From assembly GCA_964510925.1 (NCBI GenBank), contig CAZEDS010000004.1, positions 500 through 64,499 of the forward strand: DNA of 64,000 bases, given 5' to 3'. Under the pieces are notes generated by a model, which saw only the letters and a list, made by a program, of their open reading frames with translations, was not told where the DNA came from and searched no databases. Below, piece by piece: positions 29,399-39,325 of this stretch. Each line of letters begins with the position of its first letter. Position 1 is the stretch's first letter. Origin of the DNA: an uncultured Candidatus Saccharibacteria bacterium (GTDB taxonomy: Bacteria > Patescibacteriota > WWE3 > 2-01-FULL-39-13). Both the position numbers and the translations under genes were made by a program.

Positions 29399-29964
29399 TC
29401 TTTTATAGAAGGCTGTTTCTTTTGTCTTGCTCTTTGTTTGCAGAATTTTTTGAGATCTTCTTTAGTAAGAATTCGGGATTCTTTGCAGAACCTTACCATT
29501 GCAACACTAGGCATATGCGAAAATCCAATGTATTCAATGATTTTTCCTCTTTCTTGGGCACTTTTTATTGCTGGTGATAGATCTGTATCTGAGGATACAA
29601 TGATTATTCGATCACAAAGGTTTTCGTATGTCGCAACTAAGATATCGACGGCCATTTGAACATCGACTCCTTTTTCGTGGAATTTGCTCTCTGATTTCAT
29701 TAAATATCCAAAAGAGTATTTAACTTGATGCTTTTTTAATAATGAAGTTAACTTTTGCTGGTTAGCCAAAAGCTTGTCTGTATGTTCGGTTCCATCTTGT
29801 TTTACACGTCCTACATAATAAGTTGCGCTAACTAGTTCGTTTGATCTTGCTAAAAATTTGCTGAATCTTTCGTAATCAAAATTGAGTAGGTCGTGTAATT
29901 TGAGATCTTTGAGTTTAAAGTAAAAGTTGCTTCCATCTATAAGGATGATGCATTTTTGTTTCAT
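29395..29964 (-). CDS. NYN-domain (LabA/DUF88, PIN-like) ribonuclease
   Basis: IDGSN, EKGVDVQMAVD, SSDTDLSP acidic motifs. Confidence 0.9.
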   Translation of the reverse strand: MKQKCIILIDGSNFYFKLKDLKLHDLLNFDYERFSKFLARSNELVSATYYVGRVKQDGTEHTDKLLANQQKLTSLLKKHQVKYSFGYLMKSESKFHEKGVDVQMAVDILVATYENLCDRIIIVSSDTDLSPAIKSAQERGKIIEYIGFSHMPSVAMVRFCKESRILTKEDLKKFCKQRARQKKQPSIKD

Positions 29965-30021
29965 GTGGCTTGATTATATCTCAATCGGGATTGGTTCGAA
30001 AATATTATGGGTAAATTTATT

Positions 30022-30067
30022 CAAAAACCCCTGCAAACAGCTTTCGCTCTCACAGGGGGATTAAGTA
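30022..30067 (-). ncRNA. putative short RNA/terminator hairpin upstream of the NYN gene
   Basis: CCCCTGTGAGAGC-GAAA-GCTGTTTGCAGGGG-TTTTT immediately after a consensus promoter. Confidence 0.5.
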
Positions 30068-30070
30068 GGT

Positions 30071-30101
30071 TCACTATAACAATCGTTTATAGTGATGTCA
30101 A
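30071..30101 (-). promoter_or_regulatory. sigma70 promoter with overlapping palindrome
   Basis: TTGACA-17-TATAGT with TG extension; TCACTATAA...TTATAGTGA inverted repeat. Confidence 0.75.
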
Positions 30102-30103
30102 TT

Positions 30104-30140
30104 AAAAAGAAGCTCCCGTCGGAGCTTCTTCTTTTTTTTT
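30104..30140. terminator. intrinsic terminator
   Basis: AAAAAGAAGCTCC-CGTC-GGAGCTTCTTCTTTTTTTTT. Confidence 0.8.
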
Positions 30141-30169
30141 GTGTTCGCGAACACTTTTATTATTAAGGA

Positions 30170-31027
30170 TTATTGGTGGTTTGTGAAACTCACACAGCTT
30201 CCTTGGTTTTTAAAGGTTGGGTTATTAAAAATTTTCCAACCATTATCTTTGCATTCATTTTTGCTTGTAGGTGTTAACAACGGTTCGAAATCGAATGTTG
30301 TAACATCGCTTCCAGTTCCAAATTTGAATGTATCGATATTCTCAGTGTATCCATCTGGATAAGGTTCTCCGACACGGATTCCTAAGAACGAATCAGTAGT
30401 TCTCATTTTTACGCCTGGGTAATCAGATAAAATCTGATTCCAAGTTTTTGGTGTTGTACCTGATTCACCTGTAACTGGCCATGTTGCTCCAGAATATCTC
30501 CATAGAGCGTTTCCACCGTTATAGGCATCCCATTCTTGCCATGTATCTTGTAATACTGTTCCATTGTCTGTTGGTAAGAAGACTAATCTTCTTTGCCATG
30601 TGTCTGTACCATTAAAATCAACATTAAACTGCAAATAGCCTGATCTATTAGCACTACCGCCATTTCCTGCCGAAGGATTATAGGTGCTGTAAGCGAGAGT
30701 TGTTATATCTGCTAATTCAGTTCCTTTAAACTGGTATGTAGCCACATTTTTTCTTTGAGTTCCGCTCACGCTAAGTTGAACGCTTCCCATTCCTGCTGGT
30801 GCAGTATCTGGTCCTGTTACAAAAGTTGCTTGAGAGTTATCAATTTGGTCTGTGACGTCATCATAAATGAACCATGATCCATTTAGATATGCATTGATTT
30901 TGGAATTTTCAAGATTGTTTGCTGTGATGACTACTGTATTGGTTGCTGCAAAGGCTATCGAAACGGCCAAAGCGAATGTAAGCCCAAGTACTGGTAGTGC
31001 CGTCAGCAATTTTGAAGATTTGATCAT
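30170..31027 (-). CDS. secreted protein with C-terminal CKxxGW...FKNQGxCV motif
   Basis: Signal peptide from ATG 31027 (GGGGTGA SD); Thr/Gly/Asn-rich beta-type sequence. Confidence 0.75.
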   Translation of the reverse strand: MIKSSKLLTALPVLGLTFALAVSIAFAATNTVVITANNLENSKINAYLNGSWFIYDDVTDQIDNSQATFVTGPDTAPAGMGSVQLSVSGTQRKNVATYQFKGTELADITTLAYSTYNPSAGNGGSANRSGYLQFNVDFNGTDTWQRRLVFLPTDNGTVLQDTWQEWDAYNGGNALWRYSGATWPVTGESGTTPKTWNQILSDYPGVKMRTTDSFLGIRVGEPYPDGYTENIDTFKFGTGSDVTTFDFEPLLTPTSKNECKDNGWKIFNNPTFKNQGSCVSFTNHQ

Positions 31028-31158
31028 AATATATATCACCCCCTGGTGTTTTAATATCCCACGTGAGCAATCGTGGCTATATATTTTGAGCCGCGATTTT
31101 GACTGGCTACTTAGTGGTATTTCTAATCTACTCTTTGGAGTTATCAAAATCAAACCTG

Positions 31159-31232
31159 TGGCTGCCCAACTTGGATTTGAACCAAGATTCTACGCTCCAG
31201 AGGCGCATGTCCTACCATTAGACGATCGGGCA
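31159..31232 (-). tRNA. tRNA-Gln(CTG)
   Basis: TGCCCGA acceptor stem, anticodon arm TGCGC-CTCTGGA-GCGTA, GGTTCAAATCC T-arm, encoded CCA. Confidence 0.95.
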
Positions 31233-31278
31233 ATAGTGGTGTAAAAAAGTTAACTGCTTAATTATATACTGAGTGTGC

Positions 31279-31776
31279 TTATTCAATAATAAGGATTTCT
31301 GAAGTTTTTTCTTTTAGAACCTCAAAGAGTGTTGTTGCAACACCTGCAAATTCAAATTCTTTAGCGTTAGTTGTTTCTCTTTTGTTTGGATCTTGTTCAT
31401 CAGGTGTGTGTTTGTAAAGTTCCGTTGAACGGGCTCTTGGATAGCCATTAATATAAAAGATTGAATGGAAAAATTCGTAACAGATAGGTGTGTCTGCAGT
31501 TAAATCAGACAACAATATTCTATTTTCCTCGACGTATTTATTATCTGGTCTTAATTTCTTAGAAAGTTGTAATGTTATTTTATATGGTTGAGAATAGCTT
31601 GTTATAACTATTCTGCAATTTGAAATATCTGTAGGTGCTCCTCCTAATTTGATCAATAATTGGGATTTTAATCCGTTATAAAAATCATTTTGGGTGTGTC
31701 TCATGTCTGCACTTAGTATCTCCATAATCAATTGGTGGGTTTGTTCTGGTGTTTGCAGTTGTTGTTCTTCTTCCAT
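31279..31776 (-). CDS. hypothetical protein
   Basis: 165-aa ORF in tandem with its neighbour. Confidence 0.55.
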   Translation of the reverse strand: MEEEQQLQTPEQTHQLIMEILSADMRHTQNDFYNGLKSQLLIKLGGAPTDISNCRIVITSYSQPYKITLQLSKKLRPDNKYVEENRILLSDLTADTPICYEFFHSIFYINGYPRARSTELYKHTPDEQDPNKRETTNAKEFEFAGVATTLFEVLKEKTSEILIIE

Positions 31777-31782
31777 GTGTGA

Positions 31783-32283
31783 TTATTTATCGTCGGCTTT
31801 TTTGCCTTTGGCTTGATCTAACAACTCTTGGATTGATCGGCTTAGACCTAGAAAATTAGTGCAGAATGTTGTTAGTCGCTCGTCATTGTTGTGTGGTTTT
31901 GGTGTTGATTCTTTGTCTTCGCTTCCAATTAGATAATCAGCTGTGCCTTCAAAACCTATTGTGTATGATAACCAAAAACATTTTTCTGGTGCGGATAAAT
32001 CTGTAAATTTTAAACATTTCGTTCCAGTTTCTTTATTGGCTAATGCTTCGACTTTAAAGTTACCAATTATTATGTTTGCACTAAAATATTCTTCATGTGT
32101 TGAAATTGTCTCGATATTGCTGTACCAGCAGACTTGCTTAATTTGAGCTAGTTTTTCATCAAGCAGTTTTGTATCTTGTGTAAAAAGATCATCAAGCAAG
32201 GTTGTCTTTAATGGGTTCAATTCTTGATCGATCTCAGGTTGTTGATCAATAATATTTGGTGTTTCTTCTAGTTGTGTTTGCAT
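31783..32283 (-). CDS. hypothetical protein
   Basis: 166-aa acidic ORF. Confidence 0.55.
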   Translation of the reverse strand: MQTQLEETPNIIDQQPEIDQELNPLKTTLLDDLFTQDTKLLDEKLAQIKQVCWYSNIETISTHEEYFSANIIIGNFKVEALANKETGTKCLKFTDLSAPEKCFWLSYTIGFEGTADYLIGSEDKESTPKPHNNDERLTTFCTNFLGLSRSIQELLDQAKGKKADDK

Positions 32284-32332
32284 CGAGAGCTTATTTTATA
32301 GGATAGGTAAATTTTCGGCAAGATATAGCGGG

Positions 32333-33112
32333 TTATTTGTTGCGTTCGTTTCTGACAAACATATATGTTCCGAGTACTAAAAATATTACAGAAAAGGCTA
32401 TTACGACAATTATATTTGTTAGTGGGCTGAATAAAACTGTTTTTTCATAAGCAGGTGAATTCCAATAATAAATACTCCTTAGCAAATCTACTGCATATGT
32501 CATTGGTGCAATTCTTGAAAGGATCATTAATGGTAATGGCAAAATTTTTATTGGATTAAAAACTCCAGCTAGAAAAAATTGTGGGAACAATAAAAATGGA
32601 AACAATTGATTTGCCGCACGTTGATCGCTCATATTGGCCATCACTAGCAAACCAAAGGAACCTCCTAAAATTGCTGTTAAAAATGCAAATGGAAACAAGC
32701 TTGCTAACATTCCAAGGTCAAATGGAACTCTAAATATAAACGCAAAAATTAAGACACCTAAAATTTGTACAAATGATACAAGTGTTTCTCCGAGTATTTT
32801 TCCAAAAACAATTGCATATCTTGAAACCGGAGAGATGAATAATTCTTGAGAAAAATCGTTTTGCTTATCTTCTATCAGTGATATTAATCCACCAGCAGTT
32901 GATTGAAATAGTGTTTGACCGATTACTCCAATAAATACAAATGTTAAAAAGTTATATCCAATATCGTCACCAATATTTGATTGCATGCTTGATCCTAAAA
33001 TTCCAATGAAAATTAATGGGAATGCTAAACTTGCGATCATTCGGCCTCTATCTCTAAGAAGTTTTGTTAAGTCTCTTGCTGCGATAGTGATTATTGCGTT
33101 AAAGTTGTTCAT
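32333..33112 (-). CDS. ABC-2 type exporter permease (DrrB-like)
   Basis: About six TM helices, FLAGVFNPI, PMTYAVDLLR. Confidence 0.9.
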   Translation of the reverse strand: MNNFNAIITIAARDLTKLLRDRGRMIASLAFPLIFIGILGSSMQSNIGDDIGYNFLTFVFIGVIGQTLFQSTAGGLISLIEDKQNDFSQELFISPVSRYAIVFGKILGETLVSFVQILGVLIFAFIFRVPFDLGMLASLFPFAFLTAILGGSFGLLVMANMSDQRAANQLFPFLLFPQFFLAGVFNPIKILPLPLMILSRIAPMTYAVDLLRSIYYWNSPAYEKTVLFSPLTNIIVVIAFSVIFLVLGTYMFVRNERNK

Positions 33113-34052
33113 TATTTTTTTTGGAATCAATTAGCGAAATATAGGCTTCTTCTAATGTTGGACTTAAAATTTTGATCGATGAAAGTTCTGTTTTTATTGA
33201 TTGTAAAATTTTTTGAGCATGTTTTGAATCAACAATATCAATTTTAAACGGATATGTTGATTCTATTTTGAGATTCATTTCTTTGAGCTCTGCGGCAAGT
33301 TCATTTTTATTATTTGATTCAAGAATTAAGAACTGATCCACAAGTTTTGCTTTTAGTTGTGCAGGTGAGCCAAAGGAAACTATTTTTCCATGATTAATTA
33401 CACAAACGGTATCAGCTCCTTCTGCTTCATCAAGATAATGTGTTGTTAAAAAAATTGTTATGCCTTTTTCTTGTCGGACTTTTTGAAGATATTCCCACAA
33501 ATTTTTTCTACTAACAGGGTCTAGACCTGTTGTGGGTTCGTCTAAAAACAAAACTTTTGGAGAGTGCATTAATCCTCTTATAATTTCAAGCTTTCGTTTC
33601 ATTCCGCCAGAAAAAGTTTTTATTGGTTTGAATAAATCGCTAGTTTTTAAATCTAAAACTTTTGCGAGTTCCTTTACTTTTTCTTTATAATCTTGAGGCA
33701 TCATTTTATAAAAAGGGCGGTATGAATAAATTCCATAAAGATTTGTGTGAAGCCTAATATTTTCTTCTGCCGTTAAATTTGCATCAAGACTTGGGTTTTG
33801 GAAAATTACACCAATGTTTTGTCTGACTTCATCTGCATTTTTTTCGGAATCAAAACCTGCAATTTCAATTTCTCCGGAAGTTTTTGAAAGTGTTGTATTA
33901 AGCATCGAAATCATTGTTGTTTTTCCAGCTCCGTTTGGTCCTAAAAGTGCGAAAAACTCACCTTTTTTAACTTCAAAGGATACATTGTTTACAGCATTTA
34001 CTGTTCCTTTTTTATATTTTTTTGTGAGATTTTTAACGCTAATTATATTCAT
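33099..34052 (-). CDS. ABC exporter ATP-binding subunit (DrrA-like)
   Basis: GPNGAGKTT, FSGGM, LDEPTTGLD, TTH. Confidence 0.95.
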   Translation of the reverse strand: MNIISVKNLTKKYKKGTVNAVNNVSFEVKKGEFFALLGPNGAGKTTMISMLNTTLSKTSGEIEIAGFDSEKNADEVRQNIGVIFQNPSLDANLTAEENIRLHTNLYGIYSYRPFYKMMPQDYKEKVKELAKVLDLKTSDLFKPIKTFSGGMKRKLEIIRGLMHSPKVLFLDEPTTGLDPVSRKNLWEYLQKVRQEKGITIFLTTHYLDEAEGADTVCVINHGKIVSFGSPAQLKAKLVDQFLILESNNKNELAAELKEMNLKIESTYPFKIDIVDSKHAQKILQSIKTELSSIKILSPTLEEAYISLIDSKKNNEQL

Positions 34053-34095
34053 TTTAACAATCCATTATAGCGTATGTTTTGGTGTAGAAAAATGC

Positions 34096-34197
34096 GCTAG
34101 GTGAAACGGTTGGGTACTGTAGCTCGCCATCGCTAACGAGCACATCCGCTCCACCTAGCAAAAAAAACTCCTTTGCTAAAGCTCGCACTGAGCTTGA
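34096..34197 (-). ncRNA. unassigned structured RNA element
   Basis: A 14-bp stem (with G-U pairs on the minus strand) encloses a GCGA-tetraloop hairpin; two further hairpins lie 5' of it. Confidence 0.4.
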
Positions 34198-34255
34198 AAA
34201 CATATTACCATGCCAGTGTGTTCAAAATTTAGCAATTCAATATATACTTCAAGTT

Positions 34256-35794
34256 ATGAAAAATATCTTTGAATCAAAAATTAATATGGGGTATACGTTT
34301 AAAGGGGCATCCGTTGTAATGGGTGCTGCAGTTTTCGATGGTGAGCCGATAAAAGATTTGTTGGTTAAGATTCCTCTTAAGACTTTGAACCGACATGGAT
34401 TGATAACCGGTGCAACTGGTACAGGCAAAACAAAAACTTTACAGCATTTGTGTGAAATGTTGTCTGAACATGGAACCTCAGTCTTAGTTATGGATATGAA
34501 AGGCGATGTTTCTGGTATATCGGAACCGGGCCAAATGAATGCAGGTATTCAGAACCGTGTTGAGAAAACCGGTGTTGAGTGGAAACCTAAAAACTTTCCA
34601 GTTGAATTTTTATCAATCTCGAATGAATCAGGTGTTCGAATGCGTGCAACTGTTTCGGAATTCGGGCCAGTTCTTTTTTCAAAAATCTTGGAGCTTAATG
34701 ATACTCAGTCAAGTATTATGTCTCTAATTTTTAAATATGCTGACGACAATTTGCTTCCATTGGTTGATTTAAAAGATCTTCGTAAGCTTATTCAATATTT
34801 AACAACTGATGGAAAAGAAGATTTAAAAAAAGATTACGGTTCATTAAGTACCGCTTCAACAGGTTTGATTTTGCGTAAAATTATAGAAATTGAAGAGCAA
34901 GGTGCATCGATGTTTTTTGGAGAAAGATCTTTTGATGTTGAAGATTTATTGCGCAAAGATGGTCGTGGTTTTGGTTATATAAATATTTTGCGATTGATGG
35001 ATATTCAAAATAAACCAAAGATGTTTTCAACTTTCATGTTGAGTTTACTTGCAGAAATTTTTCAGAAATTTCCAGAAGAAGGTGATCTTGATCAACCAAA
35101 ACTTGTTATTTTTATTGATGAAGCACATTTAATTTTTAAAGAAGCTTCAAAAACACTTTTGGGACAATTGGAAACTGTTATTAAATTGATCCGCTCAAAA
35201 GGTGTTGGAATTATTTTTTGTACACAATCTCCAAATGATATTCCACAAATAATTCTTAGTCAGCTTGGATTAAAAGTTCAACATGCATTGCGAGCATTTA
35301 CAGCTCAAGATCGAAAAGCAATTAAATTGGTTTCAGAAAATTTTCCAATTAGTGAATTTTATGATGTAGACACGATAATTACTTCTTTAGGAATAGGCGA
35401 GTCATTAATAACTGCATTAAATGAGCGAGGTGAACCGACACCATTGGTTCATACCTTACATAGTTCTCCTGAATCTAGGATGGATACGATCACTAAGAGT
35501 GAAATGGATTCAATTATTTCAAGATCAAATTTGATTTATAAATACGATGAGGTTGTTGACCGAGATACAGCATACGAACTTTTATCTAAAAAAATGTCTA
35601 ACTCTATGGGTGATGATTCAAAAAATACTGATTCAGATAATTATATGGGTAGAGCTGGTGATGCCGTTTTAGATGCTGCAAATAGTAAGTTTGCAAAATC
35701 ACTTATTAAATCTGTAGCAACTTCGTTTGTGCGAAATCTTACAGGTCAGTTGACTCGTGGGATTTTGGGATCACTTTCAAGGAGATCTAAATAA
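34256..35794 (+). CDS. HerA-like ATPase (DUF853/YjgR family)
   Basis: NRHGLITGATGTGKTKTLQ, FIDEAHL, LIRSKGVG, QHALRAFT. Confidence 0.92.
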   Translation: MKNIFESKINMGYTFKGASVVMGAAVFDGEPIKDLLVKIPLKTLNRHGLITGATGTGKTKTLQHLCEMLSEHGTSVLVMDMKGDVSGISEPGQMNAGIQNRVEKTGVEWKPKNFPVEFLSISNESGVRMRATVSEFGPVLFSKILELNDTQSSIMSLIFKYADDNLLPLVDLKDLRKLIQYLTTDGKEDLKKDYGSLSTASTGLILRKIIEIEEQGASMFFGERSFDVEDLLRKDGRGFGYINILRLMDIQNKPKMFSTFMLSLLAEIFQKFPEEGDLDQPKLVIFIDEAHLIFKEASKTLLGQLETVIKLIRSKGVGIIFCTQSPNDIPQIILSQLGLKVQHALRAFTAQDRKAIKLVSENFPISEFYDVDTIITSLGIGESLITALNERGEPTPLVHTLHSSPESRMDTITKSEMDSIISRSNLIYKYDEVVDRDTAYELLSKKMSNSMGDDSKNTDSDNYMGRAGDAVLDAANSKFAKSLIKSVATSFVRNLTGQLTRGILGSLSRRSK

Positions 35795-35796
35795 AG

Positions 35797-35828
35797 CAAA
35801 AAAAAAGCGGCTCATTCGAGCCGCTTTT
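35797..35828. terminator. bidirectional terminator
   Basis: A-run then GCGGCTC-ATTC-GAGCCGC-TTTT between convergent genes. Confidence 0.8.
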
Positions 35829-35841
35829 CGATCTATGCTTT

Positions 35842-36534
35842 TTAATTAACTTCTGCGACGACGTTAAATTTTAATGTCGTTTTTGGGTCAACAGCAAATA
35901 TACCTAATTTGCTTGGAGGTGTGACATTATAATCTGTCATTAATATTGTTGCTGTACCTTCTACTGTTACCATTTTTTCATCCCAAGTTCCCATTACTTT
36001 GAATTCGACTGGTTTTGTAACCCCATTTATTGTTAAATTACCCGTGACTAGAGTATCAATTTTTGTATCTTTTTTTACTTCTAAATCATTTACCATAAAT
36101 GTTGCCATTTTACTTTCGGTTAAAATTTTAAGAACATCTTCATCACGAACCGGATTATCTGATCGTAGTCCCGATAAATCAGCCTCAGCTTTTATATCGA
36201 TTGAGCTTTTTTCTTCATTGTATGAACCTTTTCCGGTGACCAATGGTGAAGTTCCTGTAACTTTTCCAGCTTCTTTGCCGACGTATTTTTTATCGACCGT
36301 ATAGCTAACTTGGCCAGATTTTATTAAATATTTTCCTTTATCTTCAGGATTTGGTGTCGATGCAGGTGTTGGCGAAGGTGATTCAGTTTGAGTTGGTTTT
36401 GTAGCCTCTTTAACAGGTGCATCAACTGATTTATTTTCAGGTGCAAATGTAAAATATAATCCTGCAGCAAGAACGACTAAGCCTACTGCAATTAAAATCG
36501 TGTTGTTGGTTTTTGTGTTTGAATTTTGTTCCAT
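35842..36534 (-). CDS. YceI-family protein with membrane anchor
   Basis: LRSDNPVRD, GNLTINGVTKPV, DYNVTPP. Confidence 0.85.
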   Translation of the reverse strand: MEQNSNTKTNNTILIAVGLVVLAAGLYFTFAPENKSVDAPVKEATKPTQTESPSPTPASTPNPEDKGKYLIKSGQVSYTVDKKYVGKEAGKVTGTSPLVTGKGSYNEEKSSIDIKAEADLSGLRSDNPVRDEDVLKILTESKMATFMVNDLEVKKDTKIDTLVTGNLTINGVTKPVEFKVMGTWDEKMVTVEGTATILMTDYNVTPPSKLGIFAVDPKTTLKFNVVAEVN

Positions 36535-36607
36535 GCAACCTTTGTACGTTATTAAAAATTTTATGTCAAATGATTTATAAAGCTGTATACTCGTGATGTT
36601 TATACTT

Positions 36608-38077
36608 ATGCTATTAAAAAACTTGCGAATTACAAGTGCATTTCTGATTTTATTAATATTTACTTTATTTTTACCTAGTAGTGTTAGTGCACATCCACTT
36701 GATACAACAGATTCTTATTTATATATAAAAAATGAAGTAGATGGAAAAATAATTCCAGCTAATGAACTTACGATATATTTTTATATGAATTGGTTTCAAG
36801 CTGCTGCTGTGCTAAAGCGTGAAAAAAATATTGATGCTAAAGATATTTATGAACTAGCTGAGCATAATGAATTTTATCAATCGTATTTTTTAAACCATTT
36901 TTCAATTTTAAATAATGAAAAAAAATGTGAAGGACGTTTTATAGATTTGCCTCAAACAGATGATGTGCTGCCTTTGTCTATTGGCGCACGTTTGGTTTTT
37001 TCATTTAAGTGCCCAGAAAATTTGTCTAATTTGAATATTAAAAATGATGTTTTTATTGAAGATTTTCAATATTCTACAAATAATATTTATATACAAAATG
37101 GAGAGATGCTTTTGGATAAAGCTGAAATGAATAAATACTATTCTTCTACGAATATAAAAATCGAAGGAGATTTAGTAACAGTAGATAAACCAAGTGACTT
37201 TGTCTCTACTAACAGCGATTTAAGCCCGGAAGATCCAAATTATAATAATCAAAATTTTATAAAATCATCGGTATCTACAGAATCTAAGACATCCTTTTGG
37301 GGAGGTGCTTGGAATAGTTTTCAAAAATTTAAGTTATCTAAAATTTTAAATATAAATCCAAATGCTGTAGACTTTCGGAAAATTTCAGTTTTAAGTGTTG
37401 TCGGTATTGTGTTTTTGCTTGGGTTTTTGCACACAATTGAAGCTGGACACAGCAAAATAATTTTAACCTCTGCAATTTTGCATAAAAACATGAGTATCAA
37501 AAGGGGACTCATTTATGCATCAATTTTTACACTCACACATATTAGCGACATTATTGTTGTTGGGTTGATTTTTTTATTTTTAAATAATTTTATAGATGTA
37601 TTCGCAAAATTTTCATTGTTAGAGAAATTTGCGTCTTATGCATTATTATTTATTGCAATATATTTGTTGTTTAAAAATATTGCTGAATATTTAAAACCAA
37701 ATGTAGAAGATAAAAATCATAGTCATCATCATGATTCGGCATTTGAACATACACATGATGGAACCACGCATACACACGAAATAGATAGCAGTGCTTCATT
37801 TAAAGAACAAATTTGGGTTGGCTTTATATCTGGATTAGCACCTTGTGTTTTTGGTTGGTCAATTTTTATGTTGATCCTTTCTACAAAAAATATTTGGATT
37901 TTAATTCCTGCAGTAATTTCTTTTGGTATGGGAATTTTTGTGGCACTTACAATAGTTGTGCTTTTGGCGGGTAAATTTAAAGAAAAACTTTATGGAAAAT
38001 ATTCATTTATAATGGAGCTTTCTCCAATTGTGTCTGCAATGATTTTATTGATATACGCAATTTATATACTTGTATAA
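36608..38077 (+). CDS. Ni/Co efflux RcnA-like transporter with exported N-terminal domain
   Basis: SAHP signal site, GFLHTIEAGHSK, His-rich loop HSHHHD...HTHDGTTHTH, GLAPC. Confidence 0.75.
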   Translation: MLLKNLRITSAFLILLIFTLFLPSSVSAHPLDTTDSYLYIKNEVDGKIIPANELTIYFYMNWFQAAAVLKREKNIDAKDIYELAEHNEFYQSYFLNHFSILNNEKKCEGRFIDLPQTDDVLPLSIGARLVFSFKCPENLSNLNIKNDVFIEDFQYSTNNIYIQNGEMLLDKAEMNKYYSSTNIKIEGDLVTVDKPSDFVSTNSDLSPEDPNYNNQNFIKSSVSTESKTSFWGGAWNSFQKFKLSKILNINPNAVDFRKISVLSVVGIVFLLGFLHTIEAGHSKIILTSAILHKNMSIKRGLIYASIFTLTHISDIIVVGLIFLFLNNFIDVFAKFSLLEKFASYALLFIAIYLLFKNIAEYLKPNVEDKNHSHHHDSAFEHTHDGTTHTHEIDSSASFKEQIWVGFISGLAPCVFGWSIFMLILSTKNIWILIPAVISFGMGIFVALTIVVLLAGKFKEKLYGKYSFIMELSPIVSAMILLIYAIYILV

Positions 38078-38104
38078 GTTGCGTACTCCCTCTAGTATGT
38101 TTGT

Positions 38105-39070
38105 ATGTCTGAAAAAAATAAATCAAACCAACCAACGAATCAAGTTGAGTCAACATTAAAAGGTCTTAAGCAAGAATTGAGATTTGTACGAAAGTTATTG
38201 ATCCTAAATAAATATGGAAACTACAATAAATCTTATGAAACAGAAGTCGCTGAATTAATTGCTTCTGGCGAAACTTCTTCAAATAAAAATAGCGGTTTTA
38301 ATACAATGCATGCCACAATAATTGGACTTTCTATATTATTATCTTCATTTATAGTATTGGCGGGTGTGGTTGCTAGTCAAACAAAAACAGGTCGTGAGTT
38401 TATGGCAAATAAAATGCATATGCAATTTGCTGATGTTTCAACTAGTGCAAATCCAAAACCTACTACTGCTGCAGCAAAAGGACCAAAGATTGCAAAAATG
38501 TCTATTGATGATGATCCTGTTTTAGGTGATCCAAATGCTCCAGTAACTTTAATCGAGTTTTCTGATTTTGATTGTCCATGGTGCAAAACTTTTTATGATC
38601 AAGTTTATCCACAAGTTAAAAAAGATTATATAGATACCGGCAAAATTAAGTTGGTATTTAGAGACTTGCCATTGGAATCTTTGCATCCTGACTCTAAAAC
38701 TAAATCTTTGGCTGCAAATTGTGCTTTAGACCAAGGTGGAGACGAGATGTTCTTCAAGTATCATGATCAGTTATTTGGCCGTGCACCAACTCCAGGTTCA
38801 GGAAAACCAGTTTTAGCTAGAGCTGATTTAGATAAAATCGCTAAAGATTTAGGACTTGATTTTGGTGCTTTTACAACTTGTATGGATACTAAGAAATTTG
38901 AAGCTGAAATAGATGAAGATATCAATGCTGCATTTGCAGTTGAATCTTATGGAACACCTACTTTTTATGTTGGCAAGTCCGCTTCAAATGGAGAAATTCA
39001 AGGTGAAGCAATGGAAGGATACGCTCCATATGCAACTTTTGCTAAATATCTAGACAAGGCTTTAAAGTAA
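38105..39070 (+). CDS. DsbA-family thiol-disulfide oxidoreductase
   Basis: GDPNAPVTLIEFSDFDCPWC, GTPTF; one TM helix. Confidence 0.92.
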   Translation: MSEKNKSNQPTNQVESTLKGLKQELRFVRKLLILNKYGNYNKSYETEVAELIASGETSSNKNSGFNTMHATIIGLSILLSSFIVLAGVVASQTKTGREFMANKMHMQFADVSTSANPKPTTAAAKGPKIAKMSIDDDPVLGDPNAPVTLIEFSDFDCPWCKTFYDQVYPQVKKDYIDTGKIKLVFRDLPLESLHPDSKTKSLAANCALDQGGDEMFFKYHDQLFGRAPTPGSGKPVLARADLDKIAKDLGLDFGAFTTCMDTKKFEAEIDEDINAAFAVESYGTPTFYVGKSASNGEIQGEAMEGYAPYATFAKYLDKALK

Positions 39071-39325
39071 AATTTACTAATTCTGGATGGAGGGTTTTGG
39101 CATAAATGTCCAAAACCTCCATTCTTAAGCTTTTTTTGCGTGTACTCAAATAAAATCTCAACTGCTATAATTTGCAATATCAATCCCTCAAGAAGCAAAG
39201 CATTTCAAAAGCTCAAGAAATTGATGCGAAAATGCGCATTTAATAAGCTTTTTGTCTTGGATTCTGATATAAACTGCCCAAAAAAAATACAAGTTATAGT
39301 TAGGCGCTCTAAAAGGGTTAATCGC

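Noticed and set aside
31030-31158. Riboswitch between tRNA-Gln and the secreted-protein gene
   Set aside because: Only short hairpins are present, with no aptamer consensus I can recognise.
34096-34197. SRP RNA, group II intron domain V or hammerhead ribozyme
   Set aside because: Lacks the SRP CAGG...GGAA...AGCAG helix, the domain V geometry and the CUGANGA core; kept as unassigned.
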